DNA of 64,000 nt from Octopus sinensis (GCF_006345805.1 NC_042999.1:69068001-69132000); one strand, 5' to 3'. Positions 39,125 through 51,102 are shown, numbered from the stretch's first letter. Notes: generated from the sequence alone by a model not told the origin. Program-made: numbers and translations.

Positions 39125-39334
39125 TTAACCCTTTTGTTACTGTATTTACTTTGAGATGCTCTGTGTTTCTTTCAATTAATTTTAAATATAACAAAGAATT
39201 TAGTAAAATCACTTATCATTCAGCTAGTGTTAGGAACATGAATTGTGACTAAGGTTTGGTGGAAGATTTTATTTCAAAACTTATGAAAACAGAACCAGAG
39301 CTGGTTTCAGCCGGGTTGGTATCAAAAGGGTTAA
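39125..39334 (+). mobile_element. piggyBac-type MITE (TTAA flanks)
   Basis: TTAA-CCCTTTTGTTAC...GTATCAAAAGGG-TTAA; a second copy at 39358-39577 runs into (TA)n. Confidence 0.8.
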
Positions 39335-39609
39335 GAATTGTTTCTCTATTATATATTTTAACCCATTTGTTACCATATTTCTGTTGAGATGCTCTCTGTT
39401 TCTTTCAATTATTTTAAATATAACAAAGAACTTAGTAAAATAACTTAGATATCATTAAGCAAGTGTTAGGAACATAAATTGTGACTAAGATTTGGTGGAA
39501 GATTTTAATTCAAAACTTATGGAAACAAGACATTTGTACTCAGAGCCAGAGGTGGTTTCAGCAGGTTGGTAACGAAATATATATATATATTCAGTATATA
39601 TATATATAC

Positions 39610-40196
39610 ATAAAAAAACAGATAAGTGGTACAACAAGGCACCAATATTTACTGGAAAATAGCAATCGATACAAATACGACGCTATTGTATAGCTTCACT
39701 GCGTATTTACTAGCAAAGACGTGTGTGTGCAACAAACATGAAAAATTTGTCTTACCTCTAGGAAGAACATTCGATAAATGGACAACCTAGAATCGGATAA
39801 TGCAGGACCGGTTTCTGACTCTTCAAATATGTTTGACAACGTAAATTTGATCACTCTTCATCAGCTGCATTTACCTAGACAATATTTCAAATGTTGCCAC
39901 ATCAATGCCAGTATACTCACCTGAACACCTAGCCGTTAACAGAATGAGAACAGTGATAGAGTTTGCAATGAAAATTATAATGCAATACAAATGTATTACT
40001 TTCCAGTAAAATAAAGCCCCATAAGGGTAGAATTATACATATTTCTGTTGAGATGCTTTGTGTTTCTTTCAACTATTTTAAATATAACAAAGAACTTAGT
40101 AAAATAACTTAGATATATACATAGGTTTTATATGTATAATTCTACCCTTATGGGGCTTTATTTTACTGGAAAGTAATACATTTGTATTGCATTATA
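39610..40196 (-). mobile_element. (TA)n-flanked hammerhead module with a 67-bp inverted duplication of one end
   Basis: 39976-40042 is the reverse complement of 40130-40196; hammerhead at 39799-39871. Confidence 0.68.
39799..39871 (-). ncRNA. Type I hammerhead ribozyme with extended stem II
   Basis: Minus strand: AAUGCAG-CUGAUGA-..UCAAAU...AUUUGA..-GAAA-CCGG-UC-CUGCAUU; 7-bp stem I, palindromic stem III ACCGGU, GUC site. Confidence 0.8.
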
Positions 40197-40219
40197 TATA
40201 TGTATGTATATATATATAA

Positions 40220-40466
40220 TTTATAAGTAAGGGCAAAAGAAAAAATTTCTAATGCCAAAATGTGCCGAAAATAGACACAACGTCAATAACCATGAAAATT
40301 ATCACTATAAGCACATGTTTCGAAGAAAGCCGACAGAATTTTTCTAAAAAATCCCGTTATTACCATATCGGACCCGATTTCAGAGTTAGTTCATAAGAAC
40401 CTTCCCTTCATCAGTGATAAATGCATAAAGAAATAAGTAAAATACTTACTTATACCCATGGAAGAA
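40220..40466 (-). mobile_element. (TA)n-flanked hammerhead module distantly related to the 19590-20101 family
   Basis: Shares ttataa.taagggc.aaagaaaa..ttt..aatgccaa, gaaagc and ccga.agaatttttt.aaaaa blocks and the ribozyme architecture. Confidence 0.7.
40361..40419 (-). ncRNA. Type I hammerhead ribozyme
   Basis: Minus strand: UAUCA-CUGAUGA-AGGG AA GGUUC(UUAU)GAACU AA CUCU-GAAA-UCGG(GU)CCGA-UA-UGGUA. Confidence 0.82.
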
Positions 40467-41475
40467 TATATGTATGTATATATCTATATATAGATAGATA
40501 TAGATATATATAGACATAAATATACGGTATATATATATATATACTGCATATATATGTCTATATATCTATATATATATAGATATATATATATATACTGTAT
40601 ATATATATATGTCTATCTATCTATATATATATATATTGATATAGATATAGATATATATATATACTGTATATATATATATATATACTGTATATATATTTAG
40701 AAAGAAACTCAATGAAAATCCAATTCTTAAATCATAGATAATACCATGTGATTCAAAGTCTCATTGTAATTTGTTAATAATAATAATAATAATAATAATG
40801 ACAGCTTTGACCGTAAAGCATTAGAAAGTTCATAAATTGGCTTTGTAATTATATTGTTCATTATGTCTAAAACATAACTTTTATTTCTAATTAAGTTAGC
40901 AGAAATTTTAATAGCAAAATTTGATGATAATGACAACACACAATTGGCAAACTAATTACATGAAGATCAAGAAATATGCTGCAGACACCAGATTAAAACA
41001 TAATTTCACAAGTCAGAAAAAATTTGGAATAGAGAAAGATAAATATTTTACAAGACAATTAGGAAATATGACAGGTAATATGGCAGACACACACATGAAC
41101 ACACACACACACAAAGCAAAAGCAGTTGTGGCTTGGTATATTAATTCTTGGATATACTGTTTCAGAAAATATTTAAAAATTGTTTTAGCATTGTGTAACA
41201 CACAGAGAAATACATTCATCATTATCACCATCATCATCGTTATTTAATGTTCATGTTCTATGCTGGTGTTGGTTGGATGGTTGGGCAGGTCCCGATGTGC
41301 CCAAGGACTGCATCATCTTCCAATTTCTGCTACGGCACGGTTTCTATGCCTGCATGCCCCTTGCAACACCAACCATTTGATGTTGAATCAAAATTAGATT
41401 TAATACGAAATTGGATTCAATACATACACACGTTTCAAAAGACAATACAAATATGTAAGAAAAAAGTTATAATCA

Positions 41476-41640
41476 TAGGCGCAGGAGTGGCTGTGTGGTA
41501 AGTAGCTTGCTAACCAACCACATGGTTCCGGGTTCAGTCCCACTGCGTGGCATCTTGGGCAAGTGTCTTCTACTATAGCCCCGGGCCGACCAATGCCTTG
41601 TGAGTGGATTTGGTAGACGGAAACTGAAAGAAGCCTGTTG

Positions 41641-41673
<33 letters not shown>

Positions 41674-41880
41674 ATGTGTTTGTGTGTCTGTGTTTGTCCC
41701 CCTAGCATTGCTTGACAACCGATGCTGGTGTGTTTACATCCCCGTCACTTAGCGATAGAATAAGTACTGGGCTTACAAAGAATAAGTCCCGGGGTCGATT
41801 TGCTCGACTAAAGGCGGTGCTCCAGCATGGCCGCAGTCAAATGACTGAAACAAGTAAAAGAGTAAAGAGTAAAGAGTATA
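41476..41880 (+). mobile_element. tRNA-derived SINE family A (representative near-full copy)
   Basis: A-box-like gtggctgtgtggtaag, B-box-like ggttcagtccc, tail ...ggccgcagtcaaatgactgaaacaagt(aaagagt)n. Other copies or fragments at ~350-545, 2623-2983(-), 6355-6580(-), 9740-10133(-), 18150-18308(-), 20135-20256(-), 21180-21870, 26055-26405, 30860-31280, 33000-33340, 42300-42895, 56180-56460, 59540-59760(-), 60215-60378(-). Confidence 0.85.
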
Positions 41881-42974
41881 GTAATTATAATTAAATTTAT
41901 GCGTTGTCATTCTATATAAACGTTGGGATGTCATTTCCTACACACCACATGATGATGAACATGTATATATCTTTCAAGGTAAACACTCATATGCGTTCAG
42001 AGACAAGGTACAGCAACACCCTTGGAAAATAAGTGTTTACCCTAAGTATTATACATCATCACCATCATTTTAAAATCCATTTTTCCACACTTGCACGGGT
42101 CAGATGGAATTAAATAAAGCAGGTTTTCTATGTCCAGATTCTCTTCCTGTTTCCAAACAAGGTAATATATATCCATGACCAGATATGTTCTGGCAAGACT
42201 GGCAATGAGTGACTCATATGATGGTAACACTGGTTCAGAACTATGCCATAATAACAAGACAAAGCGTCACAAATAACATATATGTGTGTGTGTGTGTGTG
42301 TTTGTGATGGGCTTCTTTTTGTTTCTATGTAACAAATCCACTCACAAGGTTTTGGTTGGCCAAGGGCTACAGCAGAAAAGACTTGCCCAAAGTACCATGC
42401 AGTGGGACTGAACCTGAAGTCATTCAGTTGGGAAGCAAGCTTCTTAACCACACACCTGTTCCTTTATCACTGTCTCTGTCTTTCTGTCTGTCTCTCTCTC
42501 TATACACACACACACACACACACACATGCAGGCACAGGAGTGGCTATGTTGTAAGAAGCTTGCTTCCAGGTTCAGTCCCACTGCATGACACCTTGGGCAA
42601 GTGTCTTCTACTATAGCCCTGGGCTGACCAAAGCCTTGTGAGTAGATTTGGTGGATGGAAACTATATATATATATATATATACATGTATGTATGTGTTTG
42701 TCCCCCACCACCACTACAATCACTTGACAACCAATATTGGTATTTTTATGTCCCCTCATAACTTAGTGGTTCAGCAAAAGAGACCAATAGAATATGTACT
42801 AGGCTTACAAAGCATGAGTCCTGGGGTCGATTTGTTCAACTAAAGGTGGTGCTCCGGCATGGCCGCAGTCAAATGACTAAAACAAGTAAAAGAATATATG
42901 TATGTACATATGTGTGTATGTATGCACGTATGCATGAAATGATGAAAATATTACAAACATGGTAAAATTACTAA

Positions 42975-43320
42975 GAATCCATTCTTTGATTGAAAAGGTC
43001 AATAACTTCCTCCTTGATGCTTCAATGACTGTTAAAGAAATCTTTCTCCAATGAAACCATTCCAATGAATTCGTTTAGCCTTTCCTGATTTACAGTACTT
43101 CTCAGAGAGAGTTTTAGTTCTTCTAATATTGAAAAGCAGCAATCACAATCTGAATCGGTTCACAGGAATTGTCAAGAGAATTTTTAACAGTGTTGTAATT
43201 TCCTTAAGAATGCCATCTAAATCAGGGTTTGGTAAAGTGGTCAATATTAACTTCTGAAGGTCAAGATTTTGAGTATTAAAGGTGCTTTTTATTAACAAAC
43301 AGACTTCACTTAATGTTTCT
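42975..43320 (-). pseudogene. hAT transposase C-terminal dimerisation-domain relic
   Basis: Minus strand, with frameshifts: EITTLLKILLTIPVN..DCDCCFSILEELKLSLRSTVNQERLNE..MVSLEK, matching the LLTIPVTSAxxERSFSxLKxxLRSTMxQERL consensus. Confidence 0.7.
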
Positions 43321-43323
43321 GTA

Positions 43324-43372
<49 letters not shown>

Positions 43373-43857
43373 AGCACCATTCATGTGTGGGTTATTGTCG
43401 GTGCCGCCTGACTGGCTCCCTGTGCCAGTAGCATGTAAAAAGCACCATCTGAGTATGGTCAATGCCAGCTCCCCGCCCCCAACTGGCTCTTATGTCAGTA
43501 GCATATAAAAAGCACCATCTGAGTATGGTCAATGCCCCCCCCCCCCCCCGACTGGCTCTTGTGCCAGTAGCATATAAAAAGCACCAACCAAACGTGGTCA
43601 ATGCCAGCACCATTTGACTGGCTCCCATGCTGATAGCATGTAAAAAGCACCCACTACACTCTCAGAGTGGTTGGCATTAGGAAGGGCATCCAGCTGAAGA
43701 AACATTGCCAAATCAGATTGGAGCTTGGTGCACCCTCCTGGCTTCCCAGTCCCAATCAAACCATCCAATCTATGCCAGCATGGAAAACAGACGTTAAATG
43801 ATGATGATGATGATGATATACACATACACATATATGTGTGTGTGTGTGTGTGTGTGT

Positions 43858-44175
43858 GGAGGCGCAATGGCCCAGTGGTTAGGGCAGCGGACTCGCAGTC
43901 GGAGGATCGTGGTTTCGATTCCCAGACCTGGCGTTGTGTGTTTATTGAGCGAAAACACCTAAAGCTCCATAAGGCTCTGGCAGAGGGTGGTGGCAACCCC
44001 TGTTGTACTCTTTCACCCCAACTTTCCCTCATTCTTTCTTTCTGTTTCTTGAGTAATGCTGTGATGGACTGGCGTCCCGTCCAGCGGGGGGGGGGGGGGG
44101 ACACATATGCCACAGAAACCGGGACACCGGGCCCATGAGCCTGGCTAGGCTTGAAAAGGGCGCATAAATAAAAAA
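43858..44175 (+). mobile_element. tRNA-derived SINE family D
   Basis: ggaggcgcaatggcccagtggttagggcagcggactcgc...gtttcgattccc head; relative at 22120-22490 (-). Confidence 0.78.
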
Positions 44176-44819
44176 AATAATAACATATATATATCTATAT
44201 AATCCAGCAAGTGTACACTATATTGTTGTACTCTATATACTCTACCAAAATGAGATCTGAGGAGTAGAAGCTACTAAAGTAGCAGGAGGAGGAAACAAAT
44301 AGGACAAGGTGAAGGCCAGAGGTTGAGGTGTGAAGGTGAGTGACACTATATTAACCAGTAAGGTGGTTATTTTTTTTGACGTCCATCCATGTATGCAATG
44401 CCAACTGTATCATCCCAGATGTGAGACCAGTTATGGGTCTCAGAAGAGCCTTAGAGAGACTGTGATCTCTTAGGGTTGAGATAGTTGGACTAATGAGAAA
44501 GATGAAATAGATGTGAAAGTTGAACTGAAATGAAGGCTGTAAAATAGCTTGCTGGTTTAAAAGATTAAAGATCAATGAATGAAGAATGAAAAGGTAGAGA
44601 AATCAATACCACAACTGTGAACCAGTTGTTGAATCTTCAGCAATCAATCAGATGGCCTTATTTTTGAATGTGGTCAGGTGGTCCACGTATGTGTGTAATA
44701 TAATCTTATATGTGCTTGTAACACACAAATATATGTATGTTTGTTTTTAATACTATTATTCAGGGGTATCCAATATCTAAAGCATTTAAGGCCAGGGGTT
44801 TTAGATATATATATTATCC

Positions 44820-45860
44820 ACTAAAAATGGACAGAAAATAGACTCCGTCAAATGCCAGTTGGGTAAGCTAGAGGTAGTTGATATCTTCTGTTATTTAGGT
44901 GAACAAGTCAGTAGCAGAGGTGGATGCTCTGAGAGTGTAGCTGCGAGAATAAGAATAGGCTGGGCAAAGTTCAGAGAGCTCCAGCCTCTGTTGGTAACAA
45001 AGGGCCTCCTTCGCAGAATAAAAGACGGACTGTATAATGCCTGTGTGAGAACAGCTGTGCTACACGGCAGTGAAACATGGGCTGTGACTGCTGAGGTCAT
45101 GTGTAGGCTTGAAAGAAATGAAGCTAGCATGCTTCGCTGAATGTGCAATGTCAGTGTGCATGTATGACAGAGTGTAAGCAATTTGAGAGAAAAGTTGGGC
45201 ATAAGAGGCATCAGATGTGGTGCGCAAGAGAGACAACTGTGCTGGTATAGTCATGTGATATGTATGGATGAGGACAGCTGTATAAACAAGTGCTGATCTA
45301 TAACTGTGGAGGGAACCTGTGGGAGAGGTAGACCTAGAAATACATGGAGCATGGTGGTGAAGCATGATCTTTGAAAGCTGGGCCTCACGGAGGCAATGAC
45401 TAGTGACTGAGACCTTTGATGATATGCTGTGCATGAGAAGACCCATCAAGCTAAGTGAAATCATAGTCATGGCTGATGCCAGTGTCGCGTAACTGGCACT
45501 TGAGCTGGTGGCACATAAAAATCACCTTTTGAGTGTTGGACTTGACGGAGGTGATGACAAACAACCAAGACCTTTGGTGATATACTGTACTTGAGAAGAA
45601 GAACCATCAAGTCAAGTGAAATCATAGTCGTGGCAGATACTGGTGTCACACAAATGGCACCCATCCTGGTGGCACGTAAAAACACCTATTACACTCTTGG
45701 AGTGGTTGGCATGAGGAAGGACATCCAGCTGTAGAAAGTATACCAAATCAGATAGCAGTCTGGTGCCACCCCTCAGCTTACCAGCCCTGGTCAAACCATC
45801 CAAACCATGCCAGCATGGACAATGGACATTAAATGATGATGATGATGATGACGATGATAC
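44820..45860 (+). mobile_element. RTE LINE 3' fragment with (GAT)n tail
   Basis: KLEVVDIFCYLGEQVSSRGGCSESVAARIRIGWAKFREL...LYNACVRTAVLHGSETWAVT...LERNEASMLR, then RGRPRNTW and the 3' tail. Confidence 0.85.
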
Positions 45861-45893
45861 ATACAATACTTGCATATATATATATATATAAGT

Positions 45894-45924
<31 letters not shown>

Positions 45925-47757
45925 AAGATAGATAGAGATAGATAGATAGAGAGACAGATAGATAGAGAGACAGATAGATAGACAGACAGATAGATAGATG
46001 CAAGCATATATATTCACTCATGTATGTGTGCATACCCATGTACACACTCATGCATACACACACACATACACATACACATACATAGATATATCTCAAATAA
46101 AATCTGTCATAACTAGATTTATTGCATCTGCCAGTAGCGAGCTGTCAGTAATTCTACCCCATCTGTTGGCTTCTTCTCTTCCTGGTTGATGCTGCACAAT
46201 GAAGGTAGTTAAATGGTTGCTTCTCTGCTTCCATTCCAAACAAATTTGCAGCCATGGGTAGTTTTGTGAGGCTTCAAAATCTAACTCCTTTGACGTCTGA
46301 TGGTTTTGTGTCTTAAAATGGTTTTTATAAGGATCAGCTTATTTTCAGAATTAGAATATCTATTACTTAAATAGGAAACCCTAGCAGAGTAATGTTAAAT
46401 ATGTGAGGTTGCTATGTGGAACTGGAGAGAAACTGTAAGACTGATCATTTGTAGTCAGGTGAAGAAAGTTGATTTCAAATTTTAGCACAAGGCCAGCAAC
46501 TTTGGGGGATGGGGTAAGTCAATTACATCACCTGAGTTCGAGAGGATGAAAGGCAAAGTCATCCCGTGGTGAAATTTGAACCTAGAACGTAAAGATGGAC
46601 AAGTTGCCTTAAAGAAATTTTCCAGGTGTACTAATGATTCTGCTAGGTCATCACCTTGGAAACGTTAAGGACATTAACTGTATCAAGCAGTGCAAGACTA
46701 TTTGATGTATGGGGGGTGGGGCTTCAGATGATGACACAAGACTAGTCATACTCCTAATGAGTTTCAAATTCATCAGACATCAAGGTATTTTTTTAATTAA
46801 TACTAATATGCATGCACGCTCCCTTCCACCACCACCACTATCACCACCACCACCACACATACATACATGTAATACAAAACCGTTTGCAAACACACACTGG
46901 GGCTCTACAGATTCTTCAGACCTTTGGACCCTGTCAAACCATCAAACTCACGCCAGCATGGAACACAGATGCTAAATGATGCTAATGGTTACTAGTGAGT
47001 GAACAAAAGGAAAAAAAAAGGCAGGACTCAATACATTTGGTAGGAGTTACATACATTCCAAATTAATATTTGATTCTGTTTCCCCGTGACCATACATGTT
47101 TTCACACTAGGTGTGGATGTTTGTGTCTCATGCTTCAGCAATGTGCAATATTTGTAAAGATGACACGTCATCATACAAACCATGTCATTCATTTCTAGTC
47201 TTTCATGAAAAACATGTCTGGTCACGGAGAAATATTATCTTGCTGGGAAACAGACGAAGGTGGGTAACAGGAAGAGCATCTGGCTGCCGAAATCTGCCTC
47301 TAGATATTCCATCTGACTAAATGTCAACATGGAAAAGTGGGTGTTAAATGATGATAATGATAATGACCACGCGACCGGACGGTGATGATGAAGTGGAGGA
47401 AGTGGTAGACATTTGTAACTCTGTAACTGCCTGTGAACTCTGGAACCTAATACTTGTGTATCATTAGTGGTGGTGTCAATAACAAGCCAGTGTTGTTCTA
47501 TTTTTACACTGACACTTTCAGGTCTTCCCTCATAGTGTGTGACTGAGTATTCTATTATGTATACATGCATATATTTCAACATATGTGTGCATGTGTGTAT
47601 GTTGTATGCAGGCATGGCTGTGTGATTAACAAACACACTTCCCAAGGATCTACCTTAGCCCCAGGCTGACCAAATCCTTGTGAGTGGATTTAATAGAAAT
47701 GAAAGAAGCCCATTATGTATGTGTGTACATCTGTGTGTGTGTGTACATCTGTGTGTT

Positions 47758-47790
<33 letters not shown>

Positions 47791-47853
47791 GTAGTCCAAC
47801 CCATGCCAGCAGGAAAAGTGGATGTTAAATCATGATGATGATGATGAAATATA

Positions 47854-48725
47854 CAGGGTGCGATGAGTAAATTGTCGCCATTTTATATTTTCAATTTCAC
47901 ACATGCGCATTGTTTGTTTTTAGATTTTGTCAACTACACAGTATAGTAGGGTCAGTTGAGCACTGCCTGTGAGAAAAATAGCACCATGACGCAATTCACA
48001 CTGCCAGAAATTTGGAAACTACATGCTGTACTGTTTGGCATTTGCACCAGAAACTCCAATACGAACATTTCAGAGTGTTTGGGTATCAATCTGAGGACGC
48101 ACTGAGAAAGATAAAAAACAAACATCCAGTCAACATCATGGTGTTTAGAGTAATCACTAGTGATGTCGATGTTAAAGCCTCCATTCATCTTCCCATATGG
48201 TCTCAGACTCAACATGGAGGCCAACATCAAGTGACTGGAGGAGGTAGTGTTGCCCAGGGTCAAGAGGGTGGATAGTAGAAGACCCTATGTCTGGCAATAG
48301 GACTTTGCATCATGCCACACAAGCAGGGGAACCCAGTCATGGTTGTCGGACAATTTCTGCAACCACATCACCCCTAACATCTGGCCACCAAACTTCCCAA
48401 ACTGCAACTCCTTGATTATTATGTGTGGGGCACAGTTGAGCAAGAGACCAACAAAACTCCTTTTAGCACCAAAGATGAACTGAAGGCAAGGATTATGGCA
48501 GCATTGACTAACTTAAACAAGGAGACCATCCAGAAGAGTTGCAGGAGATTCCAAAATTGTCTGGAGGCCGTGGTTGAAGCCAATTGTGATTTTATTGAAT
48601 AAATTTACTCTTTAGTATTTCAAGATATTTTTATGTAATTTTGGTAAATATATCTGTTAAAATGAGATATCAGTGTCATTTTCATTTTCGCGTAATTTAG
48701 ACAACACTTTATTTACTGCACCATG
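47854..48725 (+). mobile_element. Internally deleted Tc1/mariner element (maT/DD37D-like) with both TIRs and TA flanks
   Basis: ta-cagggtgc...gcaccatg-ta ends; HPVNIMVF.VI.SD, YVWQ*D.ASCHTS..TQSWL, WPPNFPNCNSLDYYVWG.VE motifs. Confidence 0.85.
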
Positions 48726-48784
48726 TATGTATGTATGTATGTGTGTGTGTGTGTATATATATATATATGTGTGTGTGTGTGGTG

Positions 48785-48869
<85 letters not shown>

Positions 48870-48892
48870 ATATATTATATATATATATATAT

Positions 48893-48975
<83 letters not shown>
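48723..48975. repeat. Compound (TG)n/(TA)n microsatellite
   Basis: Direct inspection. Confidence 0.95.
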
Positions 48976-48983
<8 letters not shown>

Positions 48984-49280
48984 TTAGAGACAAAACCACT
49001 ATTTTGCAAAACAAACAAGGAAATTTCATAATTTGAAACTGACTTGAAAATCGGAAATCCACCTGAAGATTGTCGATCAAGACATGAAACAATTGTAGTG
49101 GCGGTTTTTTACTTTTTATTAAAATTTTATGTATTGATTAAGTCTTCCTTGTTTGTTTTGCAAAATAGTGGTTTTGTCTCTAATTAATATTATATAATAT
49201 TTTACTATAAATTGGATTTAATCCTAAATCTGATATTTTTCCCTGTAAATTTGGATTTATTCCCTAATATTTATTATTAT
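48971..49280 (+). mobile_element. (TA)n-flanked module: 52-bp inverted repeats (48971-49022 / 49145-49196) enclosing a hammerhead
   Basis: tatataatattaattagagacaaaaccactattttgcaaaacaaacaaggaa and its exact reverse complement; ~85-bp tail on the right. Confidence 0.75.
49059..49101 (+). ncRNA. Minimal type I hammerhead ribozyme
   Basis: CCAC-CUGAAGA-U UGUC(GAUCAA)GACA U-GAAA-CAAUUG-UA-GUGG; palindromic stem III ACAAUUGU, GUA site. Confidence 0.82.
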
Positions 49281-49292
49281 ATATATAATATA

Positions 49293-49342
<50 letters not shown>

Positions 49343-49343
<1 letters not shown>

Positions 49344-49742
49344 AGCAAGAAGGGGTAGTATATTATTTACTACCAGGTGCCCAGCACAAAAGACGAATTA
49401 GTCATAAGACAAAAATATTATTCATATAGAAAAATATTATTCATGTGGTTATACAATTAAGGGCTCCTAAATAAAGATGCCGAGTGCTGGGGACACAAAA
49501 AGGGGATGAATTTATCGAGAGTGAAAATCAAAAACGTTTACCGATAACTTTAACAACTCGTACCGCGGTTTCTGCTTCTTTCTAGCAAAACACAGAATAT
49601 GTTTGCTAAGGCTGGCTCATCAGCGAGTCGCCTGAATTTAATCGAGGTCTGCAGCGATGTGGGGCTATATGTTAAAACCGACTACTAGCAGATCTTAACT
49701 TTTCAAATCTCTGCGCAGACGCAAAATTTACATGGGCATGCC

Positions 49743-49743
<1 letters not shown>
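49343..49743 (-). mobile_element. ~400-bp (TA)n-flanked hammerhead module
   Basis: Unique, relatively CpG-rich sequence between two TA tracts, with a ribozyme fold. Confidence 0.68.
49555..49629 (-). ncRNA. Type I hammerhead ribozyme with extended stem II
   Basis: Minus strand: GACUCG-CUGAUGA-GC..UAGCAAA...UUUGCUA..GC A-GAAA-CCGCGG-UA-CGAGUU; palindromic stem III ACCGCGGU. Confidence 0.8.
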
Positions 49744-49779
<36 letters not shown>

Positions 49780-51032
49780 CATACATATACAAGAGTTACA
49801 GAATTGAGTATGGGAAATCCAGGCTACATATGTTTCATAGCAAGTGAAACCTCAGAAGTGGTAGAATACAAGTGAGGTGTATACTGCTGGCTACTCTTCA
49901 TTTCACATTCCCCCCAGTCTACTCAGCTGTAAATGAGTACCAACCTCAAAAGGAACTCAGCCACTTTGCCTCCCTAAAACCCAACACTCGAAAGGAACTC
50001 AGCCACTTTGCCTCCATGAAGCATGTGCGTGTTTATTTGATCACACCTCTTGACAACCAGTGTTGGTGTGTTTATGTCCCCATAGCTTACCGGTTTGGCA
50101 AAAAGAGACAGTATAAGTACCAGGTTTATAAAAAATAGAAAAAAAACCAAGATTGATCCATTCATCTAAATTGTCTTCAAGGCAGTGCCCCAGCATGGCC
50201 AGAATCTAATAACTGAAACAGGTAAAACATAAAACATGTCCTATCTGAATACTTACATTGATTACTAACTCATCCTACCACCACTACCTTTGTTAAGTTA
50301 TAATCCTTCTCTCTCATACTATCTTTCTCTCTCCTTGTCTCTCATACCTTACCTCTCTCTCTCATACTGCCTCTCTTTTTCTCTCTCTCATACTGTCTTT
50401 CTCTCTCTCTCTCTCTCTCATGCTATCTTCCTCTTTCCTTCTCTCTCGCACTCACTCTCATAATCTCTCTCTCCCATACTGTCTCTCTCCCTCTCGCTCA
50501 TGCTACCTTCCTCTTTCCTTCTCTCTCGCACTTACCTCTCTTTCTCTCTCTCCCTCTTTCTCTCATATCCTCTCTTGTACATCCTCACTGTCTTTCTGTC
50601 ACCCAATCTATTTCTCACCCCCTCTCTCACACACGCTCTCTCTCTCTTTCCCTCTTCCCCAATATACCAGGGTTGTACGTCTGCATACACACACACACAC
50701 ACTAGTATAAAAAAAAAAACAAGAGCAACAGCAACAGTAACAATAGCAGTACTAGATCTGTTATCACCCTCATTGCCTGGTCTTTGCTGCAACCATTGAT
50801 GCAATAGATTTAATTGAAGCCTTTCTCATTTGCAACAAGAAGAAAGCCATAATCTGCCATAGAAAAGATGCTACATATCTGCCATAAATCAGATGGCGCC
50901 ATTTTGTTAGAACAAACTGTCTTTTGGAGATTTTAGATTTCCACTTTAACCAAATCCTTGATAACAATCACTTTGTTATGAATTTAATTTTCCAAATAAA
51001 TCTTAATTGTTGGCAATGTGTGCTGTTTAAAC

Positions 51033-51084
<52 letters not shown>

Positions 51085-51102
51085 GTTACTATTTTTATTA
51101 TT

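Noticed and set aside
44230-44690. Possible old LINE RT C-terminal remnants (also 61280-61510)
   Set aside because: Only faint motif resemblance (KALLRPI, KVQIL); too degenerate to call.
32821-50905. Palindromic atggcgccat (YY1-like) at ~32824 and ~50893
   Set aside because: Two 10-bp matches with no other promoter evidence; not distinguishable from chance by eye.
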